A stretch of 64,000 nt of DNA. Source: Callorhinchus milii. Taxonomy: Eukaryota. The stretch is taken from the NCBI RefSeq assembly GCF_018977255.1, contig NW_024704745.1, positions 61,938,001 to 62,002,000 of the forward strand. Reading direction: 5' to 3'. The position numbers and the translations under genes are program-made. Below the pieces are notes generated by a model. The model was given only the letters and a program-made list of their open reading frames with translations. It had not been told where the DNA came from and did not search any database. This document shows, piece by piece, positions 13,421-26,319 of this stretch. Position 1 is the stretch's first letter. The number at the start of each line of letters is the position of its first letter.

Positions 13421-14044
13421 TAACATAAACTCCCAGCAAAGGATGCAATAAGCAAATGGAATGACGTTAACATTATCTTGTTGCTGGTAGCACAATTGCA
13501 TTCTGTTCTATGTATAAATGTGGTGTGATGCCTTGCAGGTCTCTACTGTGGCAATCGTGTCCTCAACCTCTAACGCCTGAAATTTGCTTGTTATGATTTG
13601 TCGTCAAACAGTAAAAATGTCAGCAGTGCACAAAACATTATTGAAAATAGGATTGCAAAAATTGCAGCATCTGCGACTCATGCCATGTTTTATACCCCAA
13701 AATAAATTCAATTAGTGCTGTGGATATGTTTGCCTTCTCCCAGATCTTTAACTAAAATCTTGATTCTCCAGTGGCCAGTTATCGAGGCTGGTTCCTCGCA
13801 CAGTCAGCTTTGTCTCCAGAACTGATAAACGTGTTCCACACCACAGTTTTGAAACATTTGACTGGAAGCCAAAATGTCCTGATTTTGATACAGCTCACAT
13901 TTTTATAATATTTAGCAAGAGAAGTCCAGAAGCGAGATCTCTCTGTGAAAATTACAGAAGTGAAAATAGGCTCGTAAAAAAAGCTAAAGGTGGCTTCTTC
14001 ACATGATGGCTCATCTATTTGTATAGTGAATAACTGAGACATAT

Positions 14045-14300
14045 AGACCAGAACTGTCCCAGGTTAGATCTGAAAATTATGCTTAGATGATCTCAGCTAA
14101 AGTAGTAATTTGGATGCTAGAAATGGAGCCCAGATTAGTGAGAGGGAAATCAGACAGGGTTCTTATTCCTGATCACTATCAAGCAAACCTCATTGCATGT
14201 GCATGTGTGTAGATGTTGGGAAGCACAGCCAGAATCAGAATTAATTATGTTCTCCCCACTTCCCACCCAGACAATCCTGCTGACATTCACTGTCAATATA
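14045..14300 (+). mobile_element. Ancient SINE-like repeat (third family)
   Basis: Motif gggaaatcagacagggttcttattcctgatc is shared with copies at 54655, 55480 and 63610. Confidence 0.55.
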
Positions 14301-14580
14301 CATATCCAGTGAGCTCACTACAAATAGTTACTACCCTTGACAGCAACTGCATTTGAGGCTCTTTGAAATTCTTTAATCTGATAGGTACTAGACCAAATGC
14401 AAGAACTATTATATTTATTATATGATGATAATAATAATAATCGTTGCATTTGATATAGCGCCTTATCACATTGTCGAGTCACCTCAAAGTGCTTCACATG
14501 GTTTATTGTAAAATGTAGTAACTGTATTTTTATTGGATATTAAGACTTGCAATGGCTATTTGGGTGAGAGTGCCAGGTGG

Positions 14581-14810
14581 TAGCCAGGCTAAGGTAGTAC
14601 CACTCTCGCCTCTGATTCAGAAGTTTGTGGGTTCAAGTCCCATGTCAGAATTTGAACTGGCACCCAATGTGATGTTGGGGGGGAGGGTGGGGAGAGGAGT
14701 ACACTGTTGGAGGTACCATCCTTCGGATTCAATATTAAACCGAGGACCCTGTTCAGGTTGACATTAATGATCCCATGCCACTCCTTGAAAAGAGAAGGGA
14801 GTTTCACCTG
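14581..14810 (+). mobile_element. DeuSINE (SacSINE1-like), 5' and central part
   Basis: tRNA-like head (ctctcgcctctgattcagaag..ggttcaagtcc) and Deu-type core cttcgga..ttaaaccgagg..gatcccatg. Confidence 0.8.
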
Positions 14811-15239
14811 TGTTTATATAATATTGTTATGTACAAAGGGCTGCTGCTCATCGAATGCTGTTGAGGAAGGAATGATCTGTTTCTTGCCATACATTTGCTA
14901 TAACTGAGATCTACCACCACCATCCACCAAGATGCATAGGTTATGAGAAGGAATTGTGACTCTATGGTCATAGATTTTGCTTTTTTTTTGTTATTTTCTT
15001 TATTTCTTCTTTGCTTCTCCTAAAGATGGTGACTCAATTTAGGCGATATGTCCACAGGGACCAGAAGACTTTCAGCACCTCCTTCAAGTGGTAATTCTTA
15101 AGTCTCATCTCGAGCAATGAAGGAAGGTGGAGGTGGTCACCTTGCTACCAAACACAATCTTGTATACATTCAAAAAGTCCTCCAAAATAATAATCAATTT
15201 AAGATAGTTTTCCAAAACTCCAACGTCTTAAATATTGTG

Positions 15240-16060
15240 GCAACAAATTTTAGCTTAAGAACATTAGAAATGTTGGGTCTCGTATCTAGGCACAGACAAT
15301 CCAGCGAGATAATGCTGAGAAGTGCTGAGAAGCTGGAACCCCAGATTGATTAATTTTAAGGAGCACTGGTGTTGAAACAGGAGATTAAAAACATTCAGAG
15401 GCTGTCCACGTAGTGGAAGAACAGTGGGGTGCTGGAGCATACTAATGATTATTGTTGAGAATGAATATGAGATTAGACTGAGCTAGGGAAGTAAGGCAGT
15501 CACAAACAACTGGCAAACAGGTACTTGTAATTGTTAAACATTTCAGGAAGTGGAAGTACAGATAGAGTTGGCAGGAGTCTGGATGAGAAAGCAGCAAGTC
15601 AGCATTAATAGATGGAAGTTTGTCAGCTGGCTTCGGGGATGATGTGATGAGTTTCTTGTCCTTTAGCAAATGAGATTCTCAGATAGCAGAAGCAAGATGT
15701 AATATGGGAAGGGCAGTGCGGAAGAAAATGCTTGCTCGGGGTAGAGGGAGCAGGTAGATGCTACTGGAACAAAAATAAATGATCTTCTGATTAAATTTTT
15801 TTTGACATTGTGATTTATGTGGACCAGGACAAATTGTCACCTATGTAGAGTCCAAGATATTTGAATGAGGGATTTGTTCAATTACACTGGAGTTGATCGA
15901 GAGGTTAATATTCCTATGTGGGCAGAAGAAGATTACTGAGAATTTAGTTTTCCTGAGATTGTGACGAAAGGTTAATGGCCATTGGATAAAGCTTGGAGTA
16001 TGTGAATAGCTGGAGCTTGCTATGGAGTGAAAGATGAGCAGGATTTGCTTCCGAGGAACC
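15240..16060 (-). mobile_element. Very old L2-type RT fragment
   Basis: Purine-rich + strand. The minus strand gives remnants such as cttccatctattaatgctgac..gactcctgccaactctat (degenerate FHxYADD..QLY). Confidence 0.45.
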
Positions 16061-17239
16061 ATTGAATAACAGGAATAATGACTATTTTAATCCACTGCAA
16101 ACCTGCTTTAAGGCAATATCACCTGGGTTAACAAACCCAGGTGATATTACCACTCAAGTGGGTTGGCAGTGGATTAATATAATTGCTATTCCTGTTAGTG
16201 CAGTATACTTATTGCAATGTAAACAAGCTGTGCAATATGAATCTGACTGCAACTGTGTATTTATTTTCACCTCTATTTTGTTTTCTGTAAAAAGTATTTT
16301 AGCTGATAAGGATTTGTGCTTTGATCCTCCATTCAGGTTTAAGTGAGATTCAGGATCCTGCCTGTCTAATTGTTTGTCAATATGATCATAAACTTGCCAG
16401 TGGTCATATTTTTAAATATTCCCCATTTTCAAAGGCTTCAGTGACTTGCCCCTGCCACATTTCCCCAGTTTTAATTCTGACTACCCTCTGATTTCTGCCC
16501 CTCCCCGTGGCAATCTGTTGCACTAAGAGGAGGAACAAAAAAACAAAATTAACTATCCTGGAAAGAGCAGAGGGGAAAAAAAAGCCATTAAAAGTGGCGA
16601 AGCGTTTTATAGCTTCCTTGCAATGATCAGACCTAGTGAGCTCTCCACAGGCACAAAAATAAAACATTAATTTTAAAGTTTCCCCGCATTACGAGCTGAG
16701 CAGTTGTTGAACCAGCGGAGTCCTGTGATTTGTAGTGTGCGCGTTTTTTATTCTGGGGGGAGCTGTCAACCAGTAAGTCAGAGGTCGTTTAATGTACAGC
16801 AGGTTTTTTTTGTAAACAACAATATATCTTTTATTCCAGTGTGCATTGCAAAGTCAAAACAGATTGAGTGAGCACAGTTTGCAATGCTGCAGCTTTGTTT
16901 AGTACCAACATTTCAAGTTGCATTGGATTTCCGGCATCTCTACAACAACAACAACAAATTACATTTATAAAGAGCCTTTCACATCGGGAGGACGTCCCAA
17001 GGTGCTCTAAGTCTTGTTTTCCACATCAGCGCTATTCATACTTTCCTCCGGAATAAGGTCCGAACTCATTTTTCCACTTTTTTCGGGAGGAGTTTGCTGA
17101 AACTGGGAAATATCTACTCAAAATATGCTTTTTCTAAAATGTTAAAAATATTTGTAGGATTCCTTAGGAGAAAACAAAATTCTTTGACTTGTATATTATT
17201 ACCACTCGTTCTTCAAGCCGCCTCCATGTATTATACATT

Positions 17240-18060
17240 TGACAACAACAACTTGCATTTATACAGTGTCATTCATGCAGGATAGTGTCTCAAAACACGT
17301 AACAGCGGTGTGGACTGAACCCGGCACTATCAAAGAAAAAAGTCTTGAAGTGTGATTTGAAGACTGGCAAAGAGGGGGCAGAGGGAGAGATTGACGCAGG
17401 GTTTTCCAGAGCTTTGGGATGTAGTGGTTGAAAGCATGGCCACCAAGGTGGAGCAGAGGGGATGGACAATTTGCAGAAGACCTGGGCCAACTAGGAAGAC
17501 CGGTGAGGAGTTCATTGGAAAAATCGGGGCGGGAAATGATGAAAGCGTGAATGAGGGTTTCAGCAGAGTTTGAAGTAAGATAGGGTTGAAGCCAGGTGGA
17601 GGAAGGCATTCCTAGTCAGAGACTAGGTAGAAAGGATAGCTGGAGATCAAACCTGACGCCAAGGTTATCTACAGGTTTGGCGAGTCTGAGGGATATTCTG
17701 TGGGGCGCTTTGAGATGTCTCGAAGATGTGATGAGGCGCTATATCAAATGTAAGGATTATTATTATTGATGGGAGTCCAGAAGGATGGATTCCCTTTTTT
17801 TCATGTTTAACTGCAGAAAGTTAGCATTCATCCAAACCTTGATGTCGGACAAACAGGCAAGAATAACAACAAATTACATTTCTATAGCGCCATTTACGTC
17901 AGGAAGATGACTCAAGGCAGTCAGAACATCGGTAGGACTGGAGTCATGACCAGAATAAGAAACATAGATTTGGGTGTCATCTGCATAAATGTGGAAGTTG
18001 ATCCCACGTCTGTGGTTGATATCATCAAGAGGCAACATGTGAGTGAGAAAAAAGAGGTGT
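17240..18060 (-). mobile_element. L2 3' fragment carrying nested SINE-tail and LINE-tail insertions
   Basis: Minus-strand peptides GINFHIYADDTQIY, AETLIHAFIISRPDFSN and FKSHFKTFFFD. Inserts lie at ~17693-17768 and ~17862-17915. Confidence 0.9.
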
Positions 18061-18699
18061 ATACCATAGGTGACCATGCGAGAGTGGAAGGAGAAACCAT
18101 ACTATATTCACATAGGAAGTGACCTGATTCTAAATTCTACCTCTGCCACTCAAACTGTTCACAAGATGTTCTGAGTGACTCAGAATAGTTGTGAACTTAA
18201 TGTGCTGGAAATCAAGGTTGTTAAATACCGGAGCTCTAGTGTACTTCACTACATCCCTGGGGGCAGCAACCTTTCACAATGTTTTGATGTTATAGGCACA
18301 ATATAAATTTAAGAAGTATTATTATTACTTTGAACAGCTAAAGAAAGAATTGTGCAATACTGGGGTTTAAATACAATAGAACAGCCCAAACATCCCATTT
18401 GCGATCGCATCAAACAATGTCAATGAATCCAAACTTTTAAGGCTGAAATACTTGTTCTGTGCCCAGTGCAGGTCTGCTACAACTGGTACAAAGCTGAAGT
18501 GATTTGAAAAGTGACTCCTTCTACACTTCTCTTACACCAAATCAATCTCACAAAAGTGGAATTCTGCTGCAGATTTTGGATTGATTTAATGCAGTAACAT
18601 AACTATCCTATAAACCTCTCTAGTTCCAATCAATCGTACAGATTCCAAGTTCCAACTTGAAAGGAATATAGGAGTGAAATTTTCATACATAATCCCTAT

Positions 18700-18909
18700 A
18701 ATAATCCCTTCAAAATAAATAAATAAAATAATAATAATAATTTGGTCACTCAATCCACGACTGTTTGTGGGACATTGCATTGGCTGCAGCGTTTCGCCCA
18801 CAAAATATACAGTCAATTCACTTTACAGTATATTTTGTGAAGCACTTTAAAACATCTCAACGACATGATAAGGTGCAATATCAAATGCAATGATTATTAT
18901 TATGATTAT
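18700..18909 (+). mobile_element. 5'-truncated young SINE
   Basis: ataatcccttc..tggtcactcaatccacgactgtttgtggg..tail matches the 3' half of the 12187 copy. Confidence 0.88.
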
Positions 18910-18914
18910 ACTGT

Positions 18915-19420
18915 ATGTAGCTCAGGTTTGGGCACCATACCTCAGGAAAGATGTACTGACAATTAGAGAGTGTGCAACACAGATTCTGCAGAATGGTACC
19001 TGAGCTGAAGGGATTAAATTAGGAGGCAAATCTGGGCTATGAACCATTGAGCTAAGAAGGTTTGAAAGGTGACCTGACTGAGGAGTTTAAAATATAAAAG
19101 GATTTGACAAGGCAGATGAAGAGAAATGGTTTTAGGTGAATCCAGAACAAGGAGACATTATCCTAAAATTAGAGCTAAACTAGTTGAGAGTGAAATCAGG
19201 AAACAATTTTTACTCCCAATAGAGTTGGGGAAATGTTGAATTCAAAAAGGTGTAGATGCCAGGTTGACTGAAATATTTAAGAGAAGCAGATGAATATTCA
19301 GTGGATAGGGATATCAAGGGATATGGCGAAAGGGCAGAGAAAAGGTATTAAGTTACAGATCAGTCGTGATCTAATAAAATGGGTGAAACGGGCTCTAAGG
19401 GCTAAATGGTCTACATCTGA
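18915..19420 (+). mobile_element. CR1 LINE 3' fragment (decayed ORF2 C-terminus and 3' UTR)
   Basis: Translates, with frameshifts, to WAPYLRKDV..LESVQHRF.RMVPELKGL...LELRR..GDLTE.FKI, the CR1 C-terminal signature. Confidence 0.85.
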
Positions 19421-20264
19421 TCCTACACGGTCACTACACTTTACAGTAAATACTGCAAAACACTTTGAGACTGCCAACTCTTGAATTAAAAAGGTGCTAT
19501 ATAAATTGTATTGTATTATCTTATGGCCTCAAGTATTTCTTGTGCTAACACAATGAAAGTGTTATGAAATGCTCCGAAACTGTTTACCCCATATTGGATT
19601 GTTAATAGATTAAAATAGATTTTTTTTTAAAAAATTCAAGTACGTTTGTTCACTAATAATCTTGCCAAAACACAAATGCACTCATAATTCTACCATAACA
19701 TTTCCTGTGCCATTTCTCAAAGACTTTTTAAAGATATTTAATATGTGAATCGTAGTAACCTTCTATTAACTGTTAAATTTGACTATTTTGTCAATTTTCA
19801 TCCTGTACACTATATACTGATGAAATGTTAATGGATGTTCATACGTGTTATAACTGTGACTATGAACCTGAGTAAATATCATTTAAAGAGTTTGAAGATA
19901 TCACAGAATTAGATTATGTGTGTAAATGGAGCTTATCTTAACAGTTTATTCAAAACAATTAAATCACGGTAATTGAATATTTCAAATAAAATTATAGTAA
20001 TACAATGTTTTAAATATATATATATTATACCCTAGAACTGAAATGACAATCCTCAGGGGCTAGTATAACAATATATGTGAGCAAATATAGCTGTTTTCCA
20101 CTGTTACAAACTGTGAGCAGTTTTATTCAGTGAGGGATGGAACAATAGAGTGGTTACTTATTGTAGATTACCATTATACATCCATTAAATAAATGCTGAC
20201 AGAAAGCCAGAAACATGAGAATATATACCTATAGAAGTTAAATAATAATTGCATTTGTTCAACA

Positions 20265-20631
20265 TATGTTGCCTCTGAGTCAAAAGTGTGTGGGTTCAAG
20301 CCCCACATTGGGACTTATAATCACACAGTCTAAGCTAACACTCTAGTGCAGTACTGAAGGTGTGCTGAATTGTCAGACATGCTGTCCTTCGGATGAGACG
20401 TTGAATTGCGGTCCCATTGTCTGATCAGGTGGATGTAAAAGATCCAAAAAGAGAATGGAGTTTTTCTCTCCTGGTGTCCTGGCCAACAATCCCCCAAATA
20501 AAATTGGTCACTCACCCCACTCACGTTCACAAAATACACAGACATTGCACTTTGCAGTATATCCTGTGAAGCACTTTGAGATGTCTTGATGATGTGTTAA
20601 GACACTATATCAAAAGCAAATATTATTATTA
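20265..20631 (+). mobile_element. DeuSINE (SacSINE1-like), near full length
   Basis: gcctctgagtca..ggttcaagccc head, cttcggatgagacgttgaa core, ggtgtcctggccaac and L2-like tail. Confidence 0.85.
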
Positions 20632-21764
20632 AGTACATTAACATGTGGTTAGAAGTAGCGCTTCCTGAGAATTCTGAATAATGGTAGTGGCCAAAACCAG
20701 ATGAAATACCCCCCACCCCCTAAAAAAAAACTCCTCTCTGCAATGAGGCTATCAAACCTATTGGCACTTTTCTGTTCCTTGCACTGGGGTGAAAATTGTT
20801 GTTTATAATTGGTAACATACGGTGATAATTATCACAGCATTGAAAATAGGCTCAATGTGGTCAGTCATCAACTAAAGATGGTAACACCCTTCACCCTCAT
20901 CTCCAAAACCAGCCTTTCATGTTATTAAACTTGCTGGCCCATAGATTGAGTATTGCAGAGCTAATTCAGTGGTAATTCATGCATTACAGGTGCCAATAGT
21001 TCTCCTGACAGTGAAGTGACCATGATAAAACTATAATTGTGACATTCTACAATATATTCAAAGCCACTTTCTTTGGAAAAATGTCCACATTGTAAAAATT
21101 CTCACACCTGCATTTGCCCCTTCAGTGCTATTTGCATATTGCATATGGTGTTTCTTTTCAACTATTTGCAAAATCTATGTAACTGTAAACTTCCTACTTC
21201 AATTCCTACCAGCTGAAAATCTATTTGACTGTGTTTCAACACCTTTGCTCCCACCCCCACCCCTTGGAGCTCAGGCTCCCACTCAATCCCTGTAAAGTGC
21301 TTTAATACATTCTCCTAACGAAAGGGACAAATTCTTGTTGTTCATCTTGGTTTTCATTTTTCAACTCTTCTTTGTCTCTGTTTATAGGCCATTACATTAG
21401 TTACATATTAAAATGATCATGTTGAGGGCAATGAAGATCTATTTTCGGTTTAATAAGTTTGACTTACTGTTTAAACAGTGACAGAAACTACCACGTTCTA
21501 GTTGTTGCCTCATTTAATATCCAAAAATCCTGCAAAAAATTTGTATAAATCTTCAATTAAAACACGGATCAGAATTCAAATCATTCATTGTGGTTAAATG
21601 TATCTGTAGCATGCACTCAGTTATAACCAAAGCTATTGAAGGGCAAAGCATAATTCACACCATGTATTATTTAACCAGGGTTAATCATCATTAACTGTTT
21701 CCCTAATTTGTGGCTGCACCTTGAGAGATAATCCTAACGCAATTTTAAACTTACAGTTTGAATA

Positions 21765-21930
21765 TGATATAATTTAGATTTATATACCACCTTTCACATC
21801 GGGAAGAAATCTCAAAGTACTTGACAATGCTGGATGGGTACAGAGCTGAGTTTGGGAGCTGAGGGGGGAATGGGGAAAGATGACTAAAGATTGGTCAAAT
21901 AGATTTGTTTTGAGACATGCCTAATTGGAG
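21765..21930 (-). mobile_element. L2 3' end fragment
   Basis: tatataccacctttcacatcggga tail, then G-rich UTR and ggtcaaatagatttgttttgaga. Confidence 0.6.
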
Positions 21931-22235
21931 GAATATGGCACTGAGCCCAGATCAGCCAATGTACTTTCGACAGGGATGGTGTGGAACAGAAATTTGATTC
22001 CAAAACTGGAATTCTTTAATTTTGGATGTTGAATTGAAGAACACTTCCAGTTTCAGAATCCTTATGATACTAGTAGGAATTGAAATGTCATTACCACATA
22101 TATTAGAGAGTTGGGCAACATTACAAATAGATATTGGGAGATGAGCATCTAAAGAGAATTTCTGACAAGTAGATAATAAAATACATGACACATTTGACTG
22201 TCCTTTAATTTTAGAATTGCAAATCAGAGCAGAAT

Positions 22236-22590
22236 CATAGAATTTTACAGCACAGAAGCCTATTGTGCTTTTGTCTGCTCTCTGAAAGAGCTATCCTTTT
22301 AATTCCCTCCTGTGTCTTTCCCCATTCCCTTTTATATTCTTTTTCAAATATTTGTCCAATTCCCTTTTAATCATAAGATCCTGCTTCAACCACTGCTTTT
22401 TTGTAGGGAATTCCATAACTCTGTGTAAAAAAAAATATTTTCATCTTTCTCTTTACTTTTTGTTGGTGGTCTTAAATTTATGCCCTCTCAGTACTGACTT
22501 AGCAAACAGTTTTCTATTTATCTTATCAAAACCCACTTATAATTTTCACCACTATTAAATCTCCTCTCAACTTTCTCAGTTCTGATGAAA
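22236..22590 (-). mobile_element. CR1 LINE 3' fragment
   Basis: Begins with atcatagaattttacagcacagaag (reverse of a CR1 tail) followed by a pyrimidine-rich CR1 3' region. Confidence 0.7.
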
Positions 22591-23719
22591 ACTTGCATGG
22601 GAAAATGTTAATTTAACATCGCTGTGTCGAAAGTGGGTGATGCAAGCTCAGAGCTTCGGTTCATGTTTGAATGATTAAGATGCTGGTGGATTGTTAGGAT
22701 AGTAGCTATACCCATATAGTAATGGACGTTGATCAGATCTCAACACAAATAAACACCAGAGTCTGCAGTAATCATTTCATAAGCACAGCACTTTTGTATG
22801 TGTAGTGGGAACATTACTGTCAATTGCTCAAATCTGTCTGTTGGTACAAAATAACCTTTACAGTATGTTCTCCACTTGAGCTTCATAATGTTTATGATAG
22901 TTGGCGTTGCATATTTATATGATATTCTTAAACGTTTCATTGGATGGAAGACATGTTGTGGGCTGGGAGCTGGAGAGTTGCATAACAAGCACAGCTAAAC
23001 TATCATTGTGTCCCTTTTCCTATTGAATCATTTATTTAGGTCCTATCTGCTTTGTGATTCAGGTGGAAGTGAAGGGACCATCCCCCACAGACCGATCGCA
23101 CGTTATAATTGCGGGTCGTACAAGCAGGGGTGAAGTTAATGTGCACTGTGAAAAGTGAAAGATTTAATTGGAAGGAACTGGATTTATGAGTCTGCAATAC
23201 TTAGTATTCCATGACTAACATTGGTCCTGTCTGTTTCATCACTTCAACACAAGCCATATCCTGGTCACATCAAATCCACAAAGTGTAAAGTCACTCCACT
23301 TTACAGTATATCAGCGAACAACAACTTACATTTATATACATCAAATTTTCCTGCAATTTTCTGCAAAAAATTAAAATTTCCCCTCAAATTTTGGCAAATA
23401 TTTCCGTATATTGGCTCAGGCTCTGAGCAATGATTGGAAGCTAGGGCTCTTCAATCTTGAGAGATGACTCAGAGAGATCCTATAAACAGAGCTTTTTTGT
23501 GAATAAGAAATAAGTTGAAATAAAATGAAAAACATTGTATAAAACAATATAAAATGAAAAAATCAAGCACAACCACCACCACAGTGGTTGTTGGGGAGGC
23601 ACAGCAGTGCAAGCAGTTTCAGGAGATGAAGAAGCATCGACAAGAGAGGTATTAATGTACTTTTATCCATTAGAAATATTTCATTTCTTTTTATTACATT
23701 AGTGTAATAAATGTACACT

Positions 23720-24040
23720 ACTTGGAGAGGTGTATAGAATTTTAAATGGGATTGGTAAACTAAACCCAGATCAATACTTTAGGGTGCACCAAAGCAGTAA
23801 AACAAGAAGATAAAGGTTTGGAGTTGCAAAGGGCAATTTTTGGATATATAACAGAAAGTTTTTTTTCAATCCAGTGGGTAATTAACACCTGAAACAGGTT
23901 GCCAAAAAAGGGTGGTTGAGACCAGGACACTGGACTTGTTTAAAAGTCAGCTTGATGCTATGGGGGAACAGTAGGATGGTATTTTAGAGGTGTGAGATCA
24001 GATGGGCGGAATACCTACTTCATCCAAACTTGTGATCTTG
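23720..24040 (+). mobile_element. CR1 LINE 3' fragment
   Basis: EVYRILNG...SKTR..., ttttttttcaatccagtgggtaattaacacctgaaacaggttgcc (FF..xVIN.WN.LP-like) and a ttgtgatcttgt tail. Confidence 0.75.
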
Positions 24041-25958
24041 TAAAATATAATTTGAAATTAGGGTTCCCTTGCTCTAACATTGTGGCAAAACAGTGAGTAG
24101 GTGTGGAGGAGGGGCTATATTTTCACTCAGGAATCCCTGGAATATAGCTAGTAAAGTGAAAATAACCTTTGCAACTGTCAAGTGTGAAACCACAGTATCT
24201 CATAACATGACTGCAGGTGTGGAGCTCAAGAGGGCAATGTATTTGCATTAAATTCCACCGTTTTTGTTTAACTGTAATGGCTCTTTATGGATTTTAACAG
24301 AATTTCCAGAGATTGAATTTCAATGCAGTGTAAAATTCACTTTATGGTTTGATAACAAAATGCATGTTCAAAGTATTTTCTCTCCATAACTATAATTCAT
24401 AAGGACTTGTCTTGAAAATACAGTAAAAAAAACTAGCCGTGGGAATACCTTAAGCTACAAAAAGCCTCTATTAGAGTTTTGGGCACAGGAGAGTAAACTG
24501 AGATCTCTTCATATTCATCAACTAGGATTCATAGAACTTTCTGTTTGTGTTGCCATTTCCTGGTGGAGTGGAGATATTTTATTTGGCTAGCTCACAGTGT
24601 ATGCACAATTGGGAACATTTTTCTGATTGGAATAAATGTGAGCGAAGAATGTTTCTGTTTATTTTTCTGCCTCGCTTTGTTTGAAATACTGGAGGTCGAA
24701 ACCACATCAGTTATTTACTGTGGTGCAGTAGACATAATTGATGGGATGCACAGCGGATGTGAAATGTGCACATTTTGTCCGATCCCCTCCCACCCCACAG
24801 AAAAGTCTTGGTTCCTCTCTGATGAGGTTCAGCAATTGCCTTCACAAGACATCAGGCTTTCATTTTTTGGTCTTTGAAAGTTTGATCAATACTGCAGCCA
24901 TGTGCCCACACAACAATTCATTTTAATATTAAGAATAATAATGGTAACATTTAGGTAGGCGAGCTTTCAGGCACTTTGCCCCTGTTCTCTGGAACTCTCT
25001 TCCAAAATCCTCTCCGCTTTAACCCACATAGAAATCTAACTCTTGGAATGGACTTCATCCCTCCTACCTAGTGTGAGCTCCCACTCTGACTGAAAAGGTA
25101 TTTAAGATCTTCTCCTAGATGAAAAGAGTTACATTTGTGTTTTACAGCAGCTCTCTTCTCGTACTGTTCATAACACGTCTTAGTGCATCTAGTCTTCCCT
25201 TCAAATACCACTGTCACTGTCAAATACCACTGGTTGTGGATTTCATCTCAAGCTGGGGAGTTTCACTGGATTGAAGAGACAGAGAGAATCGGATCATCAT
25301 GATCATAATAAGCACTGTAATTAATAAAGTGCCTTTCATGTCAGGAGGATGTCTCAAAGCACTTCACAGGATTTACTATAAAATGCATTGAGTATATATT
25401 TTGCAGGTAAACGTAGCAGCTAACATGTGCACATTAATATCACACAAACAACATCATAAGTGTCAAAGGCAAGGATTGTCTGATCTGTCATTCATGGAGA
25501 GCCCAGTATCTTTGAGTGAAATAGCACTGAAAACATTGTGAGAAATCTATACCATGAGAAACATCTCTGGCTTGAATACTTGTGTCTTCTCTCCAGCTCA
25601 CTGTGCACACCAATGGAGAAGGCCATCTGGTCTATAAAATTGCAGAACCTATTTGGGATCTAACATGCAGTTTAAATTTAGAAATTTTTAATGTATGGAT
25701 TTAGTAATTACCCACATGTGCCAGGGACGGATCTCTTTGATTCCTTTTCCAAACTTTTCCAAACAAGGAGAGAGGACACAGTCTGAATCCACTTTTCCTG
25801 TAAAATAAAAGTTCATAAGAATAAAAACACCAGCCTTAACTGTGAGATTCACAAAAGGTTTTATAAATGTTGAATCTGGAACTATGATAGTGACCTCATT
25901 GAGACCCAAACGCATTACTTTAGTCCGTGGTTAAGATTGATATCTTAATTGATTGTGT

Positions 25959-26319
25959 GGAGTCCTGTAGCCCAGTGGTTAGAGCACTCGCCTCTCAAGC
26001 GAGAGACCTGGGTTCAATTCCTGGCAGGGCGAAATGTTGGGCAAGTTTCCCTACTCCACCCACCTCTGTTTACCAAGCAGTAAGTAGGAACCCAATTGTT
26101 AGTGGATTGGCGGATCGCTTTTCCAGGAGTAATAATTCCTTCCAAAAAATAAATTGGTCATTAAATTCACAACCGTGGGACACTGCTGTGCACAAATGGC
26201 TGCTGCATTTCTCCCACAAAATATACAGTTAATTCACTTTACAGTATATTCTGTGAAGGGCTTTCGGACATTTCGGAGACGTGATAAGGCACTATATCAA
26301 ATGCAATGATTATTATTAT
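25959..26319 (+). mobile_element. Young tRNA-derived SINE, full length (long subfamily)
   Basis: A box, B box, central ctctgtttaccaagcagtaagtaggaaccc segment and (TTA)n tail. Confidence 0.93.

Noticed and set aside
23063-23156. Possible exon after ttcag (VEVKGPSPTDRSHVII...)
   Set aside because: No similarity to a PCSK prodomain and no good donor before the stop. More likely non-coding.
23590-23648. Basic stretch KKHRQER followed by gt, as a possible prodomain cleavage exon
   Set aside because: It is not an RxKR motif, and the acceptor and donor are weak.
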